Source: Patescibacteria group bacterium (GTDB lineage Bacteria; Patescibacteriota; Patescibacteriia; UBA2591; JAQUPP01). From it: 64,000 nucleotides of DNA. A program made the translations under genes and the position numbers. Location: positions 267,717 to 331,716 of the forward strand of contig JAQUPP010000002.1 of assembly GCA_028716665.1 (NCBI GenBank). Reading direction: 5' to 3'. This document shows positions 18,926-27,558 of this stretch, piece after piece (positions within the stretch are counted from its first letter, which is position 1; each line of letters starts with the position of its first letter). The notes beneath the pieces are model-generated. The model ran no database searches and was not told the DNA's origin. It saw only the letters and a program-made list of their open reading frames with translations.

Positions 18926-18964
18926 AGCCCTGGCGACGATGCGCCAGGGCTATATTTTGTTTTC
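18926..18964. terminator. intrinsic terminator (copy 1 of a duplicated terminator)
   Basis: AGCCCTGGCG-ACGAT-GCGCCAGGGCT then TATATTTTGTTTT. Confidence 0.7.
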
Positions 18965-18967
18965 GAT

Positions 18968-19366
18968 TTAAATAATAACTGTCACCAACCAAAATCCTAA
19001 CCAGATTAGAATAATTTCGGGGATTACGGAAATAAACAGGGCGCTCTTTTTTATACCCAATTCATTGACAATGTAATCGACTTCAATAATGAATCGACGG
19101 GCAAGAAAGGCAACACCAATAATAAGAATAATAAGAACATCCAGAGAGGTTGCAAAAAAAGTTAAAAAGATAAAAACACTAAAAACAACAGCAGGTAAGA
19201 TGATAGGAATAGCAGTAGTACCAGTAAAGCAAAGTAGAATACAAGGAATAGCAAGAGTTAAACCACCCGCAGACATAACATCTCCACTTCTTAGATTTAA
19301 TGTTATAGCAAATATACTAATCACAACAATAAGACTGATAATCTCAGTCCAAATTAGTTTTTTCAT
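18968..19366 (-). CDS. multi-TM membrane protein, paralog A (MKKLIW ... LIWLGFWLVTVII)
   Basis: shares N- and C-terminal 10-15 aa and 3' flanking DNA with 19507..19926. Confidence 0.5.
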   Translation of the reverse strand: MKKLIWTEIISLIVVISIFAITLNLRSGDVMSAGGLTLAIPCILLCFTGTTAIPIILPAVVFSVFIFLTFFATSLDVLIILIIGVAFLARRFIIEVDYIVNELGIKKSALFISVIPEIILIWLGFWLVTVII

Positions 19367-19464
19367 TTTTTCTCCTTTTGTTGAATTGTTAAATAACTAA
19401 TTTAACGGTTATTATATATAAATATAATAGCAAATTTTTTGGTTTTTGTCAAGTTAAAATCAAT

Positions 19465-19504
19465 AGCCCTGGCGACGATGCGCCAGGGCTATATTTTGTT
19501 TTCG
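19465..19504. terminator. intrinsic terminator (copy 2, identical hairpin)
   Basis: identical AGCCCTGGCGACGATGCGCCAGGGCT hairpin plus T-run. Confidence 0.7.
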
Positions 19505-19506
19505 AT

Positions 19507-19926
19507 TTAAATAATAACTGTCACCAACCAAAATCCTACCCAGATTAAAAATATTTCTAATACAGCCGATATTAAAACATTTTTCTTCTTAAATCCCAGA
19601 CGTAAGACGGCCCTGAAAGAGATTAGGGCAAAAATACCGACAATAAAGAAAAGAATTGAGCGAACGATGGCGGAAGAGAAAGAAGCAAAGATGAAAAGGG
19701 CGGCGAAAGCAGAAACTAGGAAAGCCGCAGAGGATTCATAGGCAAAAAAGTCTTCTTGAATAGCGGCAAAGAATAGGGTAATAAAGCCAGACGTAAAGGC
19801 GGCGATACAGACAGAATCAGCAAGGGTAGCAAACGGAAATTTATATTTTTGAAAGTAAAACCCAATTCCAAAAATTACAATTGTAACGATAATAGCAAAT
19901 AATTCGGCCCAAATTAGTTTTTTCAT
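19507..19926 (-). CDS. multi-TM membrane protein, paralog B
   Basis: same termini as 18968..19366, divergent core. Confidence 0.5.
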   Translation of the reverse strand: MKKLIWAELFAIIVTIVIFGIGFYFQKYKFPFATLADSVCIAAFTSGFITLFFAAIQEDFFAYESSAAFLVSAFAALFIFASFSSAIVRSILFFIVGIFALISFRAVLRLGFKKKNVLISAVLEIFLIWVGFWLVTVII

Positions 19927-19940
19927 CTTTTCCCCCTTTT

Positions 19941-20183
19941 CTACTTTACTAAACCAGTTTTAATAAATATTGAAAGGCTTCCCCAGATAGTCCCAAAGAA
20001 TATCAAGAGAACACTCAGTAGTACTACTATAAACGTTATCATATTTTTTATGTTCTTATCTTTCACTTTATATATTATAAACCAATTGCCACCAAGCGCT
20101 AATCCTATTCCTGCTACCATCATACTAATTGGTATCCAAGTTGATATTTGTATATTCATTTTTCCTCCTTTTGTAAGGAACAA
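19941..20183 (-). CDS. small membrane protein (80 aa)
   Basis: two TM helices; promoter-like TTGACA motif upstream on minus strand. Confidence 0.4.
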   Translation of the reverse strand: MFLTKGGKMNIQISTWIPISMMVAGIGLALGGNWFIIYKVKDKNIKNMITFIVVLLSVLLIFFGTIWGSLSIFIKTGLVK

Positions 20184-20227
20184 AGTTTATCGATTATTAT
20201 ATAAATATTTAAGCAAATTTTTCGCCT

Positions 20228-20388
20228 CTTGTCAACCCCCTCACCAAACACTGATATATTTTTTAAAACACGAAGCCAATTTATTTCTATTTAAGGTATT
20301 TTTTTTATTTATATCAAAATTTTAAATTTAGAGATTTAAAAATACAGAGCTGAGTGTTTATCAGTGTTATAGGTGAGGGGGTCAAGTG
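20228..20388. repeat. imperfect ~30-bp inverted repeat pair flanking a 100-bp AT-rich spacer in the lon upstream region
   Basis: CTTGTCAACCCCCTCACCAAACACTGATA ... TATCAGTGTTATAGGTGAGGGGGTCAAG. Confidence 0.6.
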
Positions 20389-20526
20389 AGAGTCTTGATT
20401 TTAATTTCAAAAGAGTTATAATATAAACAGTTTATAGTTTTTGGTTGATGGTTATGGTTATTCAGTTATTCGTTTATAACCAGAAACTAATAAACTAAAA
20501 CTAAAAACTAATAACTAAGAACTATT

Positions 20527-22845
20527 ATGATTTTTGGCACAAAAAAAGAATATCCGTTAATTCCTCTGCGCAATGAGGTTATTTTTCCCGGGACCACTGT
20601 TCCGGTGGTTTTTAAGAGTTCATATTCTCAAATCGCAGTGGAAGAATCTTTACACAAAGGAAGAATGGCGGTTTTGGCTTGGCGAAAAAGAAATATTCAA
20701 GGGCAAATAAGTTTGGAAGATATTCATTCAATGGGAACATTGGTGAAAATTTTGGAAAACCACAAAATGCCCGACGGAACGATTATCGCCATGGTTGAAG
20801 GTCAGGCGAGGGTGAAAATAGAAAATATTTTTCCAAAAAATGATTGCGCCATAGTTGAAGTCAGAGAAATTTTGGATGTTGAACAATTGACTTTGGAGGG
20901 CGAGGCCTTGCTTCATAATATTGAAGATTATTTTAAGAAATGCGTGGCTTTGGGAATGTCCATTCCGACTGAAACTTTATCAATTATTTTTTCCAGTCCG
21001 AAACAATCAGCAAAAATAGATTTGATCGCTTTTTCATTAAGTTTGGAAGTATCGGAAAAACAAAAAATTTTGGAAGAAATTTCTTTGAAAGAAAGATTAG
21101 AATTGGTTAATGAAGCCATTCGCCATAAATTGGAAGTTTTACAAGTGGCGAAAAAAATAGAAAAAAAGACAAATGAAAGCATTAATAAAGTTCAGCGAGA
21201 AGCAATTTTACATGAACAAATGAAAGCCATTCAAAAAGAGTTGGGAATGGGCGAGCGGGCCGATATCGCGGAATTAAAAAAGAAAATAGAAAAAGCGGAA
21301 ATGCCGGAAAAAGTCAAGAAAGTCGCTCAAGACGAATTGGAAAGATTAATCGCCATGCCTTCTTTTTCTCCGGAAATTTCTTACATCAGAACATATCTTG
21401 ATTGGCTGGTTTCTTTGCCTTGGAACATAAAATCAAAAACCGAACTTGATATTTCAAAAGCGGAAAAATTTTTAAATGAAGATCATTACGGACTTACAGA
21501 TGTTAAAGAAAGAATTTTGGAACATCTGGCTGTTTGCAAATTGGCGAAAAAAATCAGAGGACCGATACTTTGTTTTGCCGGACCTCCGGGCACCGGAAAA
21601 ACTTCAGTCGGCAAATCCATTGCTCGGGCAATGGGCAGAAAATTTGTCAGAATGTCGCTTGGCGGAATCAGAGACGAAGCGGAAATCAGAGGACATCGCC
21701 GAACTTATGTCGGAGCTTTGCCGGGCAGAATTATTCAAGGCGTTAAAAATGCCGGCGCCAATAATCCTATTTTTATGCTGGATGAAATTGATAAAATCGG
21801 AGCTGATTTCAGGGGCGATCCTTCTTCAGCTTTACTTGAAGCTCTTGATCCGGAACAAAATTTCGCTTTTTCAGATCATTATATTGAATTGCCGTTTGAT
21901 CTTTCTGATGTGATGTTTGTCGCCACGGCCAATGTTTTAGACACCATTCCGCCCGCTCTGCGAGACAGAATGGAAATTATTGAATTCCCCGGATATACGG
22001 AAGAGGAAAAATTTCATATTGCCAAAAAGTTTTTAATGCCGAAATTAATTGCCGCTCACGGACTTGATGCCAAAAAATTCACCATTACTGACGAAGCGAT
22101 CAGAGAAGTGGCCACAGGTTATACTCGCGAAGCAGGAGTAAGAAATTTGGAAAGAGAGCTGGCGAAATTATGCCGCAAAATAGCCAAGAAAATTACCGAA
22201 GATTCAAAAGAAGCCAAAAAAAATCAAGTTATCGGACCGAAAGATCTTCACCAATATCTCGGACCGATTGTTTTTCAACCTACTTTGGCCGAGAAAAAAG
22301 ACGAAGTTGGCGTGGCCACGGGTTTAGCATGGACTTCAGCCGGAGGCGAAATTCTTTTTATTGAATCCACAAAAATGCCGGGCAAAGGCAATTTGATTTT
22401 AACCGGTCATTTGGGAGAGGTGATGAAAGAATCTGCTCAGGCCGCTTTTTCTTACGCTCGCAGCCATTGCCAAGAATTAAAAATAAATAAAGATTTTTAT
22501 AAAAATTTTGATTTGCACATTCATGTTCCGGCAGGCGCCACACCGAAAGACGGACCTTCGGCCGGCGTAGCCATGGCCATTTCGCTTATTTCTTGTTTGA
22601 CTAACAGATCAACAAAAAGAGAAGTTGGAATGACGGGTGAAATAACTTTGCGCGGCAAGGTTTTGGAAATCGGGGGAGTGAAAGAGAAAATTTTAGCCGC
22701 TCATCGAGCCGGTTTGAAAAAAATAATTCTTCCCGCGGAAAATAAAAAAGATTTGGAAAAATTGCCGGAAAAAGTTAAAAAAGATTTGCAATTTATTTTC
22801 GTCAAACATATTGATGAAGCGATTAAGGTTGTCTTAAATAAATAA
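20527..22845 (+). CDS. lon: ATP-dependent Lon protease
   Basis: Walker A GPPGTGKTS, DEIDK Walker B, protease PKDGPSAGVAM serine site. Confidence 0.9.
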   Translation: MIFGTKKEYPLIPLRNEVIFPGTTVPVVFKSSYSQIAVEESLHKGRMAVLAWRKRNIQGQISLEDIHSMGTLVKILENHKMPDGTIIAMVEGQARVKIENIFPKNDCAIVEVREILDVEQLTLEGEALLHNIEDYFKKCVALGMSIPTETLSIIFSSPKQSAKIDLIAFSLSLEVSEKQKILEEISLKERLELVNEAIRHKLEVLQVAKKIEKKTNESINKVQREAILHEQMKAIQKELGMGERADIAELKKKIEKAEMPEKVKKVAQDELERLIAMPSFSPEISYIRTYLDWLVSLPWNIKSKTELDISKAEKFLNEDHYGLTDVKERILEHLAVCKLAKKIRGPILCFAGPPGTGKTSVGKSIARAMGRKFVRMSLGGIRDEAEIRGHRRTYVGALPGRIIQGVKNAGANNPIFMLDEIDKIGADFRGDPSSALLEALDPEQNFAFSDHYIELPFDLSDVMFVATANVLDTIPPALRDRMEIIEFPGYTEEEKFHIAKKFLMPKLIAAHGLDAKKFTITDEAIREVATGYTREAGVRNLERELAKLCRKIAKKITEDSKEAKKNQVIGPKDLHQYLGPIVFQPTLAEKKDEVGVATGLAWTSAGGEILFIESTKMPGKGNLILTGHLGEVMKESAQAAFSYARSHCQELKINKDFYKNFDLHIHVPAGATPKDGPSAGVAMAISLISCLTNRSTKREVGMTGEITLRGKVLEIGGVKEKILAAHRAGLKKIILPAENKKDLEKLPEKVKKDLQFIFVKHIDEAIKVVLNK

Positions 22846-22927
22846 TAATTTAAGATTTGACGCAATAAAAATATGCTTATTAATAAGCATATTTTTATTA
22901 TTTGACGTTTATATTGTAATTTATAAA

Positions 22928-22976
22928 GTTAAATCATTTCTCACGGCCGTGAGAAATGATTTAACTTTTTTTATTT
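22928..22976. terminator. intrinsic terminator with CACGGCCGTG core
   Basis: long perfect hairpin AGTTAAATCATTTCTCACGGCCGTGAGAAATGATTTAACT plus T-run. Confidence 0.7.
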
Positions 22977-23040
22977 TAAAAATGACATTATTATTTATAA
23001 AGAATTAGGGACTGGCGTTTTAACGTCAGTCCCTTTTAGA

Positions 23041-23394
23041 TTAGAGTTCTGTGATTGTCTGTATTTGACTTTTATGAATCCGTCCATTTTTAGGCCAGTC
23101 CTCTGGAAATTGACTACGAGCACGAGCAACTCGGTCAATTTCTATGGTAATTAATTCTAACTCCACAGTTTTTAGAATCCCAATTACGTCTAAATAGTTT
23201 GGACCCGGGAAAGCCAAAAGGTCTATACGAACCTTCACTTTTTTACCGATTAATGGCTTAAATTCCTTTTCATTTTCTTTTTCCAAAAATTTGTTTATCT
23301 TCGCTTTCTTTTTTAGAGCCATTTCTGCATTTATCTCTTTTGTTGAACTTTTCCGCGCTTCTCTTAAAGGATAAACCTTTTTCTTTTCTTTCAT
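23041..23394 (-). CDS. hypothetical protein, possibly a paralog of 52548 and 60325 (GKKVKV...D core)
   Basis: AAGGAGG SD; same two-gene arrangement (zinc ribbon then this ORF) as locus 60038-60675. Confidence 0.4.
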   Translation of the reverse strand: MKEKKKVYPLREARKSSTKEINAEMALKKKAKINKFLEKENEKEFKPLIGKKVKVRIDLLAFPGPNYLDVIGILKTVELELITIEIDRVARARSQFPEDWPKNGRIHKSQIQTITEL

Positions 23395-23412
23395 TTTTCC
23401 CTCCTTTTTATT

Positions 23413-23613
23413 TCACCTTGTTCCGCCGCAACTATCTAGATTTCCGCCAACTTTTTTCTTCCAAATTTCTGAAATATCATCTTTATTCATCCATATTTGA
23501 CGAAATTTTGGTTTTATCCATGGACAAAACTCTTTTCCGCAATCTAAACAAATTGTTGTCCAAGCGTCAGTTTCATGAGTATTTTCACTTCCACAATAAT
23601 TACAATGTTCCAT
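23413..23613 (-). CDS. small zinc-ribbon protein
   Basis: CNYC ... CLDC ... C pattern; AAGGAGG SD. Confidence 0.45.
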   Translation of the reverse strand: MEHCNYCGSENTHETDAWTTICLDCGKEFCPWIKPKFRQIWMNKDDISEIWKKKVGGNLDSCGGTR

Positions 23614-23669
23614 TTTTCCTCCTTTTTTAAGTTTAAATAACTGTTATCTATTTTAACATATTTTAAAAA

Positions 23670-24917
23670 TTAGTAAAGTGGAAATTTCTGAGTTAATTTT
23701 TTGATTATTTTTTTCGCTTCTGCTGCTGTTTTTTTATTTTTTGGATTCCAAATTAAATCAGCGATCAGCTTGCCGACAATTTTCATTTCTTTTTCTTTCA
23801 TTCCGCGAGTGGTTAAAGCCGCAGTGCCGATACGAATTCCTGACGGGCTGAACGGGGGATTCGGATCAAAGGGAATAGTATTGCGATTTAAATAAACACC
23901 GACTGCTTCCAATAATTTTTCCGCTTCTTTGCCGTTTAATCCGGTTTTTCTGAGATCGGCCAAAATCAAGTGATTTTCAGTGCCGTCAGTAATCAAATCA
24001 ATTCCGCTTGCTTTTAAGGTTTGTGCCAAAACTTTCGCGTTTGCCAAAACTTGCTTGATATATTTTTTAAAAGACGGTTTTAAAATTTCACTCAAACAAA
24101 CCGCAATCGCGCCGGTAGTGTGATCGTGTGGACCTCCTTGCATTCCGGGAAAAATCATTTTATTTATTTTTTCCGAATATTCGTTTCTGGAAAAAATCAT
24201 CGCTCCGCGCGGACCGCGCAAAGTTTTATGAGTCGTAGTGGTAATAATGTCACAATAAGGAAACGGACTCGGATGAAGTCCGGCCGCGACGATGCCGGCA
24301 ATGTGCGATATGTCAGCCATTAAAATCGCTCCGCATTTTTTGGCGATTTTGCCGAAAGCTTCAAAATCAATTTTTCTTGAATAAGCCGTGGCTCCGCAAA
24401 TAATAAGTTTTGGTTTTTCCTGCAAAGCTATTTTTTCAATTTCTTGATAATTCAAAAGAAAAGTTTTCGGGTCAACGCCGTATTTGATTGCTTTAAAAAT
24501 TTTTCCCGAAAGATTGACCGGATGGCCGTGAGTCAAATGTCCGCCTTGCGGCAAAGCCATGCCCATAATTTTATCGCCCGGATTAAGCAAGGCGAAATAA
24601 ACTTCCAAATTAGCAGGCGAGCCGGAATATGGCTGAACATTAACCGACCAATTATCCCATTGATTTTTGGGCAAAAATATTTTCTTCGCTCTGGCGATGG
24701 CCAATTTTTCTATTTCATCAATAAATTCATTTCCGCCGTAATATCTTTTGTCGGCATAACCTTCGGAATATTTATTGGTTAGAACCGAACCGGAAACCTC
24801 CATAACCGAAGGCGAAGCGAAATTTTCCGAAGCGATTAAAACCAAACCGTTTTTTTGGCGGTTCAATTCTTTTTTGATTAATTTGGCTATTTGCGGGTCG
24901 GTTTGTTGAAGTTTCAT
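23670..24917 (-). CDS. glyA: serine hydroxymethyltransferase
   Basis: GGHLTHGH and TTTTHKTLRGPRG PLP-lysine region. Confidence 0.9.
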   Translation of the reverse strand: MKLQQTDPQIAKLIKKELNRQKNGLVLIASENFASPSVMEVSGSVLTNKYSEGYADKRYYGGNEFIDEIEKLAIARAKKIFLPKNQWDNWSVNVQPYSGSPANLEVYFALLNPGDKIMGMALPQGGHLTHGHPVNLSGKIFKAIKYGVDPKTFLLNYQEIEKIALQEKPKLIICGATAYSRKIDFEAFGKIAKKCGAILMADISHIAGIVAAGLHPSPFPYCDIITTTTHKTLRGPRGAMIFSRNEYSEKINKMIFPGMQGGPHDHTTGAIAVCLSEILKPSFKKYIKQVLANAKVLAQTLKASGIDLITDGTENHLILADLRKTGLNGKEAEKLLEAVGVYLNRNTIPFDPNPPFSPSGIRIGTAALTTRGMKEKEMKIVGKLIADLIWNPKNKKTAAEAKKIIKKLTQKFPLY

Positions 24918-24935
24918 AATTGATAATGTTTTAAT

Positions 24936-25733
24936 TTATAATATTGCGTTTTTTAAGGCCTGACCACAGGAACAATTTTGCTTGTCGGGCAAACCTTTTA
25001 TTATTTCTAAAAATATTTTTTTTACCTTTTCATTGTTGACTCGGAAAACTTCCATAACTTCTTGCGCATTAACAGGTTTAATATCAGGTCTTCCTTGCAG
25101 ACCGGCATCATAGTCGGTGACTAACGAAATGTTCAAATAGCACATTTCCAATTCGCGAGCCAGAATCACTTCCGGATATTGGGTCATATTTATTACGTCC
25201 CAATTCATTTTAGAATAAAAATTAGATTCAGCTTTGGTGGAAAATCTCGGACCTTCAATAACAACCACTGTGCCATTTTTATGGCAGGGGATTTTTAATT
25301 TTCGGCAAGTATCAGCCGCTATTTTTCGTAAATTCGGGCAATAGGGTTCAGCGGCGGAAATATGAACGATTTTCGGCCCGTTAAAATAAGTGCTTTTTCG
25401 GTTATTGGTTTTATCAACAAATTGATCGCAAATTACGAGATCACCCGGTTTTATTTTTTCTTTCAAGCTGCCGACTGCGGTTGAGGTTAAAATTATTTCG
25501 CAACCCAATTTTTTTAAAGCGAATAAATTCGCCTGATAGGGGACTTTGTGCGGCGGAAATTGATGATGTTTGCCGTGCCGCGGAAGAAAGGCGATTTTTT
25601 TGCCCGCGTATTCGGCAAGTAAAATTTTATCAGATGGTTTTCCGTAAGGCGTATTCACGGAAATTTCTTTGCCTTTTAGAAAACTGTAAAATCCAGAACC
25701 GCCGATAATGCCAATTTTTTGTTCATTTTTCAT
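24936..25733 (-). CDS. purine nucleoside / 5'-methylthioadenosine phosphorylase family protein
   Basis: IGIIGGSGFY N-terminus, VINMTQYPEVILARE region typical of MTAP/PNP family 2. Confidence 0.7.
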   Translation of the reverse strand: MKNEQKIGIIGGSGFYSFLKGKEISVNTPYGKPSDKILLAEYAGKKIAFLPRHGKHHQFPPHKVPYQANLFALKKLGCEIILTSTAVGSLKEKIKPGDLVICDQFVDKTNNRKSTYFNGPKIVHISAAEPYCPNLRKIAADTCRKLKIPCHKNGTVVVIEGPRFSTKAESNFYSKMNWDVINMTQYPEVILARELEMCYLNISLVTDYDAGLQGRPDIKPVNAQEVMEVFRVNNEKVKKIFLEIIKGLPDKQNCSCGQALKNAIL

Positions 25734-25737
25734 ATTA

Positions 25738-26274
25738 TTAATATTTTACTAATGATTTAATTGGACAATTTTTTAATTTTCTTTTTCCATTTAAGCCTTT
25801 TAATTCAATAAAAAAAGCGGCGCCGATAATTTTACCGCCGAGCTGTTTGGCCAGTTTGATGCTGGCTTCCATTGTTCCGCCGGTGGCCAAAACATCATCA
25901 ACCAATAAAATTCTTTGACCGGGCAAAATGGCATCGCGATGCATTTCTAAAATGTTTGAGGCGTATTCCAAATCATATTTTGTACTGATGGTTTTATAAG
26001 GCAGTTTGCCTTTTTTTCTTACCAATGCCACGCCGGCGCCCAGTTTATATGCCACAGGCGCGGCCAAAAGAAAACCGCGGGCGTCAATCGCCACCACGAT
26101 GTCAATTTTCTTTTTAAGATACGGTTTGGCAAGTTCGTTGATTAAATCGCGAAACATTTTTTTATCCTGCAGAACAGGAGTAATGTCGCGGAAGGTGACC
26201 CCTTTCTGGGGCCAATCGGAAATTGAGCGGATTTTATTTTCAAATTTGTTAATCATATGGAAGTTATTATACAA
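25738..26274 (-). CDS. apt: adenine phosphoribosyltransferase
   Basis: ILLVDDVLATGGT PRPP-binding motif. Confidence 0.8.
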   Translation of the reverse strand: MYNNFHMINKFENKIRSISDWPQKGVTFRDITPVLQDKKMFRDLINELAKPYLKKKIDIVVAIDARGFLLAAPVAYKLGAGVALVRKKGKLPYKTISTKYDLEYASNILEMHRDAILPGQRILLVDDVLATGGTMEASIKLAKQLGGKIIGAAFFIELKGLNGKRKLKNCPIKSLVKY

Positions 26275-26316
26275 AATTTTATTTTAATTGTCCACACTGA
26301 TTTAGGTTATAAGGGG

Positions 26317-26343
26317 TTTGCCAAGTTTATTAAAAATGTTATA
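26317..26343 (+). promoter_or_regulatory. sigma70-like promoter for tRNA-Glu
   Basis: TTGCCA -N17- TATAAT. Confidence 0.5.
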
Positions 26344-26394
26344 ATATTTCTATAAGTCGCTTTCGCATGGTTGCGTTAGTCCGCCAAAATTTAG

Positions 26395-26469
26395 GGCGTC
26401 TTCGTCTAACGATTAGGACCCATGGTTCTCAACCATGTAACACGGGTTTGACTCCCGTAGACGCTACCA
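26395..26469 (+). tRNA. tRNA-Glu (anticodon CTC) with atypical D-loop (no GG) and T-loop TTTGACT
   Basis: acceptor GGCGTCT/AGACGCT (G1-U72), D-stem GTCT/GGAC, anticodon stem CATGG/CCATG with loop TTCTCAA, T-stem ACGGG/CCCGT, A73 + CCA. Confidence 0.7.
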
Positions 26470-26495
26470 GAAAATTTAAATTAACATTTTAACTT

Positions 26496-27008
26496 ATGTT
26501 TGAAGAAAAAACATCAAAAGATATATTACCAGAACAATTCCCTCCAAAAGAGGAAAAGATTAGAATTGAAAAAGAAAAACTGCCGGAAATTCAGGAAAAA
26601 AGGGAAGAATCAATTTCCAGAGAAGAAGAAACAACAAGAATAAATCCTTTGCGCCGCCACACTCCGATTATTTCTCAAAAAGTAAAAGAACAAGAACTTT
26701 TGGAAGTAAGTGAAACACTTAAAGAAATTGAAGCTATTTTATCCGAAGGAATGGAAGAAACATATCAAAACTTGCCGGAAAATTTAAAAAAACAATTTAA
26801 AGAAGAGGGAAGAGAGACGGCGAGAAAAATAGAAAAAGTTTGTTCGTCGGTAAAAGTAGTCATTCAGAAAATTTTGGATTTGATAAAAAGATGGTTGCTG
26901 ATTATTCCGGCCGTTAATGTATTTTTCTTGGAACAGGAGGCAAAAATAAAAACTGACAAAATTTTAGCTTTAATTGAAAAAAATAAAAAACAAAAAATAC
27001 AATTATGA
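26496..27008 (+). CDS. Glu/Lys-rich hypothetical protein
   Basis: 170-aa ORF, low complexity. Confidence 0.4.
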   Translation: MFEEKTSKDILPEQFPPKEEKIRIEKEKLPEIQEKREESISREEETTRINPLRRHTPIISQKVKEQELLEVSETLKEIEAILSEGMEETYQNLPENLKKQFKEEGRETARKIEKVCSSVKVVIQKILDLIKRWLLIIPAVNVFFLEQEAKIKTDKILALIEKNKKQKIQL

Positions 27009-27355
27009 TTATTTGTTTAACCAGCGAAACTAAAAAAATTAATTCTTTGTTATCTACGCGTTTTGAGCAAAGCAAGTATTTTTTATTTATTGACACTCAA
27101 AACAGACAGATAGAAACAATCGTCAATAATGTTAAAAATGACGGCGCGGCTTATTTGGTCGCCGAGAAGAAACCGGATATTATTATTACCGGCAATATTA
27201 CCGGTAATTCATTTGATTTTTTAAAAGCTTCAGGCATTAAAATAGCTTCGGGCGTTTTCGGCATTACTGCCCAAGAAGCGTTGGAAAGATATCAAACAGG
27301 CATGATTAAAGAAGCGGGAAATTTACCCGGTGCGGCAAAAGGCAGGATACTTTAA
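27005..27355 (+). CDS. NifX/NifB-like (dinitrogenase FeMo-cofactor-binding family) small protein
   Basis: about 115 aa with FLFID...DGAAYLV...IIITGNITGNSFDFLKASGIKI pattern typical of the family; ATGA start/stop coupling with upstream ORF. Confidence 0.45.
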   Translation: MIICLTSETKKINSLLSTRFEQSKYFLFIDTQNRQIETIVNNVKNDGAAYLVAEKKPDIIITGNITGNSFDFLKASGIKIASGVFGITAQEALERYQTGMIKEAGNLPGAAKGRIL

Positions 27356-27558
27356 CGAGCTACGAATTTCGTCTTCACTCAACGCTCCAAATCCTTGAAA
27401 ATTATACTCGTTTTATTCTGAAAAATTCATAACTCCTCCCGAATAGGTCGTCAAACAAATGAATTTTTCAATAAAACTCCTTAATTTTCTAAGGATTTTC
27501 CGCAATATCGTTCAGGCGAAATTCTCCACGATTATAATTAATTTTTTGAATTATAAAT

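Noticed and set aside
18747-18930. ZTP (pfl) or other riboswitch leader for folD
   Set aside because: folD has its own extended -10 immediately upstream of the ATG, so a long leader is unlikely; I could not match the element to ZTP, SRP, 6S or RNase P conserved cores from memory
19089-19400. 103-aa plus-strand ORF
   Set aside because: It runs antisense to membrane-protein paralog A
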